In this document: positions 55,319 to 64,000 of the stretch, piece by piece
Layout of the letters: the number at the start of each line of letters is the position of its first letter
Position numbering within the stretch: position 1 is the stretch's first letter
From: the human T2T-CHM13v2.0 reference genome, Homo sapiens
Strand: one strand, 5' to 3'
DNA: 64,000 nucleotides
Assembly: GCF_009914755.1 (NCBI RefSeq)
Contig: NC_060927.1
Translations under genes and position numbers: made by a program
Notes under the pieces: model-generated
Told to the model about the DNA's origin: nothing
Seen by the model: the letters and a program-made list of their open reading frames with translations, nothing else
The model's database searches: none

Positions 55319-55491
55319 CTAGAGATGGGACAAATGAAGCTCCACACCACATGAATGACTTGGAGCATGTTAAATGGGAGGCATGGTGCAGAACGAAATG
55401 CCAGACATTAGAAATGATCAGAAAATAAGGATTGTCCCACTGGGAAAAGAGGAAACAAGAAGAATGTGGTTTTTAAAAATTGCTTCAACAA

Positions 55492-55779
55492 GGCTGGGCA
55501 TGGGGCTCATGCCTGTAATCCCACCACTTTGGGAGGCCAAGGTGGGTGGATCACTTGAGGCCAGGAGTTTGGGCCAGCCTTGCCAAGATGGAAAAACCCT
55601 GTCTCTATTAAAAATACAAAAATTAGCTGGATGTGGTGGTGCATGTAATTCCAGCTACTCGGGAGGCTGAGGCAAGAGAATCGCTTACAGTGAGTGGAGA
55701 TTGTGCCACTGCACTCCAGCCTGGGTGACACAGGGAGACTCTGTCTCAAAAAAATTTAAAAGGTAAAATAAAAAAATAA
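55492..55779 (+). mobile_element. Alu with short right-arm deletion
   Basis: GAATCGCTT joined to ACAGTGAG (about 20 nt missing); TSD AAAATTGCTTCAACA. Confidence 0.9.
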
Positions 55780-58700
55780 AAAATTGCTTCAACAGACCAC
55801 AGGCCTTAGAATAAAAACAATAAGAGCATTCAATCAAGAATTGAGGGACTCAGTGGGGGTAGGGAGGGAAGTTAGGAAAATAAATAAAACATAACAGTGA
55901 GCTACAGCAGTGAGGTAATTTTGGAGAATGAATGATCAGATGGCTAAAATAATCAGCAATGGTAGGGTTAAATATGAATCTGGAAAGTAACAAATACTTT
56001 TTTTTTCATTTCACTAGAAATTGCATAACTATTAGTACAAGAACCAGAGTGAGATGTTGCCTGAAACATGGAACAGAGAAAAATAAAGTGCCTTAATATG
56101 GAAAAAAAAATCCTTTCAAAAGGCAGACTGATAGACATTTATTGATTTTATTAACATAGCAAAAACAAATCTGCCAGTCAGAATGGAGTTATTGTCCCGA
56201 AAGCCTGAAAAAAAGTACAGTTATAGGAGCACAGGTAGGCATAGGGCAAAGGTTCGCTGAGTCAGTGCTCTTTTAGTATTATAGTTGCATTGGTAACATC
56301 ATCTCTGTCATGTCTCTTGGGGAGGTGGACACAGCAGGCTGTCTTAGCTGGACGCCTTTTAAATATTCAGGCACCTAGCTCACCAGCAACTGTCAGATTA
56401 TAATTGGCCAGCCCATGCAGATGGGCATAACGGGACAGAACGCATAGCTTAAGTCAATATGTGCCTTCCAGTTGAACTGAAGCTGTATTTATCTTTTAAA
56501 TGACTGAACTGATGTTATGCTATAATACCACAGTTTCATGAATTTGGATAATGTGAAGTCATCCCCGTGAGATGAAGTTTCTTTGGTGTGCTGAATATAC
56601 CATATTTCTTAGTTTCTTACACCTAAAAATAAGACCCTAGGTCCCACAACCAGTAAACTTGCCAAAATAATAAATACCACCTTTGGGGGTCAGGGGAGGG
56701 AGTCTTTTGTGGTAGCTAATTATTCTTCCTTAAGTGACAACCTCCTGCACCACCATTAGCACTGAGTGCCTTCCTTCTTGAAATTTAATAGACACAGGGG
56801 CACATACACTCACACGTGCACACAGACACATGCTATAATTAGAAGATAATTAGGAAGGAGCACGGGGGATGGGATGATCTTTTTTTAATTTCTAGGTTTA
56901 AGAAAGTACAGACAGACAACTTTGAGGAGCAATTATTTCCTACTTGAATTATTGCAACTACAGCCAAACAGAAATTAATGTGCATCTCTGGATAATACGT
57001 GTTTATCCAAGTTAATTAGACACCATGAGTATGAAAACAGACATCCTGCTAGGATCACAGAGACACTAATAAATCATACCACATAGCTACACACAAGTAA
57101 TGTAAGAACTTGAGAACTATTACCTAAAAAGACAATATTTTAAATATAAACATCATCTCTAATTCCTGAAAAGGCACTTGCCAAAAGCTGTGTGCAAAGC
57201 TGAGAGAGGTGACAAAGTAAGGGCTCCATGAAAAACTCACACAGACTTTGAAACTTCTGAAAAGCAAGTGGTGAACAGTAATATTCACAGGTACAATTAT
57301 ATTACATTTTGCTTTGAAGAGGTCAAGAGAGGCGGCATTATTTACAACACCAGTTGCAGTTTTGTCTTTCTTTCTAGCCTCCGATTAAATTTTGACCCTT
57401 TTCCTTTTGAAAATACTTTGGTGTTTACTTTTTTCATTTAGTTGTTCTTTATTGTTAATAGTGAGGCTATTTCTGTTCCCATTCACAAATTATGTCTGCA
57501 CCTTTTTAACATCCCTTCAAAGGGCTACTTCAAATAATTACAATTTATGCATGAAATCATATGATGTCTGGGAATAATGGGGGCAGGGAGGGAATATGGA
57601 TGAAACAAGGCTGGCCACAAGTTGGTAAACACTGGAGCTGGGAAATGGGCACACAGGAGTTGGTTGCACTATGTTTAAAATTTTCCAAAATGAAAAAATT
57701 TTTAAATAAAACTTTCATTATAGTTACATCAGGTACCTTGTGACAATAACTTTCTGGTGAAGGACATTATCATAAGTTAAGCTAAAGTCAGAAGAAATGA
57801 TATGTCTCTCATTGGCACAAGTGCAATTTAAACCTAATCCACAAATCTATATAGCATTTTGAGGGACCTTACCCTAAAGACACGTCCAAAGAGGCCAGGT
57901 CCTTTTCTAAATACTCTCACTTATCATGTCAATAATAGAACCACCTAGGCTACTGTAGTTACTCTTACGCGGGTTAAAGTTTAGCTATAAGCTTCTTGGC
58001 AATCAAGGTAAAAATGAAACTATAATGAGTAATAAAATTTATATTCAGATAAAAGAAAATACCAAATAGATTTTTCCCTGACATTAAATTCTAATGTGTA
58101 AATTACTTTTAGTGAGTTTTTTTTAACAGAAAGGACACTATATAACATAATGAACACCATGGCTTCACAGATGAAGCATTTCTTATATAGTCAGTCCTTG
58201 AATCATTTCCTCCTAAACACCAAGGGCTTTTTACACTTGGTTCAGTGAAGGCAAAGCAACTTGATTCTACAGGAGCCCAGATATGTATTCTTTGATATCA
58301 ACTATCAAGTTAGAAATACGAACATATTATTTAAAGGAGAAAATGGGGAGCATGCCCATAATCCTTGAATACACTTTTCTCTGCCTAATTTAAGTCAATT
58401 CAGAATTAAACCTTCTGGTGAGAGTCCAAATTACAAATTACAGAAAGGTTCATATTCTTCGGATTTGGGAATGAGTTTTCACAATGACCTTCAAGTTATA
58501 TATATAACTTTTGTATATTTTTGCCTATTTACATATATATTAAGGCTTTCTTACCCAGATAACTAAAACAGAAAGGTGCCGTGGACTAGGGGTGGAGATG
58601 TGTAAGTTCCAGATATATCCCTACTAGTTTATGTAGCCTTGAGCAAGTAACTTAAACTTTTCTGAGTCTTATTTCTTCATCTCAAAACTAGGTTTTCCAA

Positions 58701-58796
58701 CTAAATGTTTCCACTACTTTGAGACACTAACAGATCCCTCTAATCTTTGTGAATATGAAAATCTCAAGGTGTCATTTAGTGTATAGTTTATCTCAC

Positions 58797-58898
58797 CAGG
58801 ATTATATCTGAATCACTCGTGTTCTCATCTTCAGTCAATACCTTACATTCCTCTACAAAGTTCAGACTCTGCTTCCTTTTCATTTCCCAAGAAGCGGC
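58797..58898 (-). CDS. MORC1: MORC1 exon (AASWEMKRKQSLNFVEECKVLTEDENTSDSDIIL)
   Basis: Acceptor TTGTTATAG|GCC, donor CTG|GTGAGA; 102 nt, phase 0-0. Confidence 0.94.
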
Positions 58899-59331
58899 CT
58901 ATAACAAGGAATTAACAAAAAAAATACAAGGATTAGTGGCAATCAATGGTACATACTAAACTACCTTCACTCTTCATTCTGCCTCTACTTACTGCAGACT
59001 TTTGTAGGATATATAGCGAAAATTCAATTTCCGATCTTTGTGTATGATAAGCGCTTGATAAGACTTAGAGCATATCTGCCTTCCTAATGCCATGCTGCTT
59101 AGGTTAATATTAAAATTAATTATATTTCCTGCACCTTCTCTGTTAGTGGTAATGCCTAGTGTGTTTATTGGACAGGATATTAGAAATTTACTACAAGTAA
59201 TCTTTGAGTAATCAAATGTTGTTTCAATTACAGTTTAAAATCTGATTAAATTCATTTTTCAAGTGCTTATAAAGAATTTCACAATCTCCTGATTTATCCA
59301 GGAGAAAATTGGGTTTTCTAGATTTTCTTAA

Positions 59332-59553
<222 letters not shown>

Positions 59554-59609
59554 TAAGAGCTGATATACAATCTGTCACCATTTCTTCATCTTCCACTTAG
59601 CAGTAAATT

Positions 59610-59655
59610 CATTACTTTTAATGGCAAAAACAGCAATTACTTTTGCACGAATCTA
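59610..59655. mobile_element. Half MADE1 (Hsmar1 MITE)
   Basis: CATTACTTTTAATGGCAAAAACAGCAATTACTTTTGCACGAATCTA matches the recalled MADE1 right half. Confidence 0.85.
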
Positions 59656-59689
59656 TAATCTTGTTTCTACCCTTTCTACTCCAACAACA

Positions 59690-61490
59690 AAAATACTCCT
59701 GAGATCATCCCTCTTACCTCTAAATCATTAAGCCAACAGACAATTTTTAGGCCTTTGGCCAGTTGAGTTGGCTTCTCAACAGAATTTAGCCTTCGTGACA
59801 GTCTCTCTTCAAATCACCCTTTTCCCCCATTTTGGCTTTAATGAAATAATAAATTCCTGGTTTCTTCTCTTACTGCTCTGGCAATTCCTTCACAATCTCT
59901 GTGCACATCTATACTCTCGTAGCTAGCCACAAAATGCTAAAATTCCTCAAGCTTCTGTCTAGTCCTTCTTTTCTTCTTACCCATTCAACCTCACTCATCC
60001 TTAGGTATGTAAATACCTCACAAGACTGTCTCCTATTTAAACCTCACCTCTGAAATCCAGACTCATATATATGACTTTTCTCTTGGCACATCCTCTTGGA
60101 AGCCTCAAATTATGTAAGCTGAACTCATGCTGTTCTCCACAAGCCCAGTCACCTTCTACAATTCCCAATTTCAATTAATGGAATCACCATTCAACCTGGT
60201 GAAAGAACTCAAAATTCTGTAGTCATTCTGCCATTTTCCTCTACATGATCCTCTATATCCAATAAAGACTGCCTCCAGGAAAGGGCAGAGTTACCTCCTC
60301 CATCACCATCATCCTAGCCTACACCACTGTGATCTCTCCATCAGAGCATGGTCAAGTCTCCTAACTGCTCTGCCCACATTCACTTTTGTTAAGCATTATC
60401 TGTGAAACAGAAATACCATGTACTGGTTATCAGTTCCAGAGGAGGAGTCTCATAACTTCTGCCTATAGTATCTTGGTTATTGGAGTTGCCAAAGAAAACA
60501 CAACGCAGTCAGGCACTAGATGGAACAATGCTTTACTCACATAGAGAAGAGACAAAGCAAGATCAGCCTCAGAAGTGTGTATCAGTCCCCCATGGCCCAG
60601 CAGCCTCCTCCATCAGCCAATGTTGGGCAATTGGCTACATGCACCCTTCTCATGCTACAGGAGACAGATGCTGTGTTCCCTCCCCAAGGAAGACAGATAT
60701 AGCAGTGGGGTTGACCAAGGTTTCATGTGACACACGCATTTAAGCAGTATAGAAGAGCATACACTGGGCTTGCAACAGAGAAAGATATTTCTGCACAAGG
60801 CAAAAAACCCAGCATAGGCCATGTGTGCTCTTTATCTCTTGGTAAGAAAGAGTCCCAGGCTCAAGGTCCATCCTTATGCAGCAAAGTGGAGGCTAAAAGG
60901 CTATACCCCTGAGACTGTCTTTCCCAACAACTCTGCTCTCTACTAACCTTTCTTCTATACTCGGCCAAAGCAATCTTTACTAAAGAAAACTCTGGTCATG
61001 TCACTTCCCTGCTTGAAACTCTTCAATGGTTTCCCATTACTTATAGGATAAATGCAAAACCCCTTATGACTGGCCTATAGTACCTGCCCTACTCCTTCAC
61101 ACCACAGTCCATTTCCATCTCTTTTCCCTGCCATAGATTACTTGTCTTTTTAAAGTTCTTTGTATTCACCATATTCCCTCTTTAGCAAATGCTGTTCTCA
61201 TTGCTTAGAAGTGCTTTTCCTCCCCTTCTACCAATGTAATTACATTTCAATCCTAAAAGGCTAGTTACCATATTTTCTGGGAAGATGTTCCTGTCCTATC
61301 AGAGTCAAAAACCCTTATTATAAACAGTCATGCTACTGTGTCATAAAAACTGCCATAGTAGCAGTTGACGTTTGTCTCTGTAATTATTGGGTGTCTGTCT
61401 CTATCACTAGACTGTAAGTTTGATGGTGGCAAAAACCATATGTGGTTTTATTAGCAAATCTCCTGTGACTGGCATACTGAATGGCACACA
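59690..61490 (+). mobile_element. L2 3' region interrupted by an LTR
   Basis: CACCTCTGAAATCCAGACTCATATA, TCATGTCACTTCCCTGCTTGAAACTCTTCAATGGTTTCCCATT, CACTAGACTGTAAGTT. Confidence 0.75.
60387..60929 (-). mobile_element. ERVL solo LTR (MER70-like)
   Basis: Reverse complement starts TGTTGGGAAAGACAGTCTC; 5-bp TSD ACTTT/ACTCT; subfamily from recall. Confidence 0.75.
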
Positions 61491-61499
61491 GTAAAATTA

Positions 61500-61636
61500 T
61501 ACATATATATATATATATATATATACACACAGACACATCTATGTTTACATTGGTATATGTATACATATATGTGTATATATATCTACATGAAGTGTGTGTA
61601 TATTGCTTCACATAGCTTTACATATTATATGTTTAT

Positions 61637-61677
<41 letters not shown>

Positions 61678-61682
61678 TGCAT
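61500..61682. repeat. (TA)n / (CA)n microsatellite cluster
   Basis: Read directly. Confidence 0.9.
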
Positions 61683-62246
61683 ACTGAGTCCCTGTATTTA
61701 ATGTCTAAAATGTTTTGCTCTAATACTTGGACACACTCCCAACTTCTCAATGGACTGTATGTTTTTAGAGCATGCAACATGTCTATACAATAAACTGACA
61801 AATCCTAAATCTTGAAACTGCACAGCTAATGAGTTTTTCTGGAATTCCAAGTTAAAAGAGATATGATTATAAAGTGATAACATGCAGGAGTTCGAACACA
61901 GCAAGGGTTGAATATCTGAATATATAAAACTTTACATTCAAGTACAATACATAATTCAAATCAACAAAAAACCTGAAATTCTGTAGGTTGTAAACAGATT
62001 CAGCTTGGCTCATATAGTCTCAAGAAAAGATTTGGGCAAAAATTTCAAAATCATAGGAAAATGGACTTGAAATACTTTAAGAGGATGAGCAGCCCAAAAA
62101 TGGTATTAAGGAAAGGCTGCCTTAGGAGGTAAGGATTTTTGCTAAAGATTTTCAGAGAGTCTGTATACCATTTGCCGAATATATTATAAAGGAATGTGTG
62201 AGAGATTTCTATAATGTAACTACTATTCAAAATAATTCCTTTTGAA

Positions 62247-62341
62247 GCTTGCAGTGAGCTGAGATCACGCCACTGCACTCCAGCCTGGGCGACAGAGCGA
62301 GACTTCGTCTCAAAAAAAATAAAAATAAGAATAAGAATAAG
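62247..62341 (+). mobile_element. Severely 5'-truncated AluY-like fragment
   Basis: About 65 nt of Alu 3' end plus A/(AATAAG)n tail; perfect 16-bp TSD AATAATTCCTTTTGAA at 62231-62246 and 62342-62357. Confidence 0.9.
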
Positions 62342-62464
62342 AATAATTCCTTTTGAAAAGATCATGCATAAAATATCTTGCCTCCCTCCATGACTACACT
62401 CCCACCATGACTACCCACTGTCTTACACTGGGCAGAACTCAGCAGATATTTGCTAATTAAATAA

Positions 62465-62900
62465 GTTTATGGCTTTCAGAGCCTATAGCAGTTCATTTGA
62501 ATATTTTCTATGGTGAACAATATCTACTCTTTAAGGTCGAATTTAATTTGTGGAAATAGTAAAAGGGCATTAGAAGTCAAATGTGATGGACAAGGTAGAT
62601 AAACTAGGCAGTAAATTTTGGCTTAAGAAGATATAAAATGAAAGTTATTGAGATGATGTCTATAATCATTCAGCACTGCACCTAGCACAGGGTAAATGCC
62701 CATTCAATTGTAGGCATTAATATTGTTATAAGCTGAATCTGAGGGCAAATTCTCAAAAAAAAAGAATTAAATAATGGCAACTCTGTAAGAATAAATGTGT
62801 TGTGATTCTTTTCAAAGAAGTAAACTCATTTGGACACATGAAAATTCTAGAGTTGTGCATTTGTTAACATGACTCTCAACACTTAGTAATACATTAACAT
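62465..62900. mobile_element. MARNA-like ancient mariner relic
   Basis: Minus strand of 62530-62600 reads LPCPSHLTSNALLLFPQIKFDLK, a decayed HPPYSPDLAPSDFWLFPKIK; CTCATTTGGA near 62825 fits the recalled MARNA end. Confidence 0.55.
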
Positions 62901-63060
62901 TATATCCCAGTTTTTTCAGAACCTTGATTACAGGGTAACAATATGTATGATTTAGTTAAGCATTTTTCCTATAAAGCATTGAATGCAAAACTTAAAGATT
63001 AAAGGTTTATCCTATATGAATATTTCTCCCTTAAATACAAATTTAAAAGCCTTTTCCCAC

Positions 63061-63132
63061 CTGGGCATTCTTCAGGCACCCTTCAGTTGGTTGAGCTCTC
63101 CAGACAGTGGTAATATTAGCAATCTGACTTCT
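63061..63132 (-). CDS. MORC1: MORC1 exon (RSQIANITTVWRAQPTEGCLKNAQ)
   Basis: Acceptor TTTTGAAAG|AGA, donor CAG|GTGGGA; 72 nt, phase 0-0. Confidence 0.93.
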
Positions 63133-63313
63133 CTTTCAAAACAGAGAATACAGAAAAAAAAATTAGAAATTGGGACCTTGTCCAGGAAACACAGATTGCA
63201 ATGTATATTTTATAATTAAAGTGTCTTAAAATGTGAAAATGAAGCAAAACCTTGACTGAATGCTATTTCCAGAATGAGTGAATTGTTTTGTGAATAAGAA
63301 ACAATAATAATAC

Positions 63314-63559
63314 CTGGGATCTCTCAGCTAGTTTGACATTTTCTGGCAGAGCTACTGGAATTCTCTGCTGTTGAGAGTTTATTTTCTCCTCCATAGACTT
63401 TTTCATAATTTTTGTTTCTGAAATATACTCTACATCAGAGTCTGTCTCTTCTATGTTTCTTTTCTGTCCTCTACGGCTCGCTGAAAGCTCAAAGGATGAA
63501 AGAGATTCATGCTTCAAGTCATCGCCCAAAAGCCTGATTTTCTGGGTTTTGGTATTTTC
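63314..63559 (-). CDS. MORC1: MORC1 exon (ENTKTQKIRLLGDD...VKLAERSQ)
   Basis: Acceptor TTATTTAAG|GAA, donor CAG|GTATTA; 246 nt, phase 0-0; within ORF 63263-63571. Confidence 0.94.
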
Positions 63560-64000
63560 CTTAAATAACAAAGAACATGTTTTTATTTTTTGGTAGATGG
63601 CCTATTTATAATTAATCACCACTTCTCTCATAACCTCATTATAATAGGTATTTCTTATTACTACTAAAAAGTTTTAAAATCAGAAGCTTAGAAACAACTT
63701 TAATAATGTATAATGCCACAATGGCTCATTAAGAATTTGATTCATAAATAGCTGCAAAGTTGTGCTGGGTCAAGAAATCTGATTTTGAGGAATAAAAAGC
63801 CCAGCAATTGAGAACATACTGTGCATTCTGACTTTCCCCCAATAGAGGTTCGCTTGCCTTTGGCTCCCCGCTGCAAACAAGGCTGGTCGTCATCCCTACC
63901 CACATTCACATCCTGCTTCCTGCCCCTTGCTAGCTGCTACTGCAGCCAATGAAAGATGTATTTGCTAAGAGATCTAGAATACATGTGCCTGCTTGTTAGA

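Noticed and set aside
63263-63571. 102-aa ORF as a stand-alone gene
   Set aside because: It is a MORC1 exon (63314-63559) plus intronic flanks
63838-63855. CTCF-like CCAATAGAGGTTCGC
   Set aside because: Mismatches in the GGC core; cannot be supported without ChIP data

Overview
This is human or closely related primate genomic DNA, recognisable as the MORC1-GUCA1C locus (3q13.13 from recall). Both genes are on the minus strand. The last ten coding exons of MORC1 (63559 down to the stop at 17198) were spliced by hand at GT-AG junctions into one continuous frame ending ...EKNEKTSEN*, followed by a 3'UTR with AATAAA at 16495-16500. About 4.5 kb further on is the first coding exon of GUCA1C/GCAP3 (12014-11811); its intron 1 runs off the window start. 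The rest is intronic or intergenic and repeat-rich: about 14 Alu/FLAM copies, L1 fragments of several ages, L2/MIR, solo LTRs, three mariner-family relics (near full-length HSMAR2, half MADE1, MARNA), a U2 snRNA fragment and microsatellites. Most ORFs in the supplied track are spurious. I found no evidence of a new gene system. The most unusual sequence-supported signals are retrotransposition scars: an L1PA with a 3' transduction inside one TSD (40020-41208), a twin-primed inverted L1PB (1993-2342), a tail-less TSD-flanked L1 fragment later split by an LTR (38191-38955), and a foreign insert in HSMAR2. Repeat subfamily names, exon numbers and variant names come from memory and need database confirmation.
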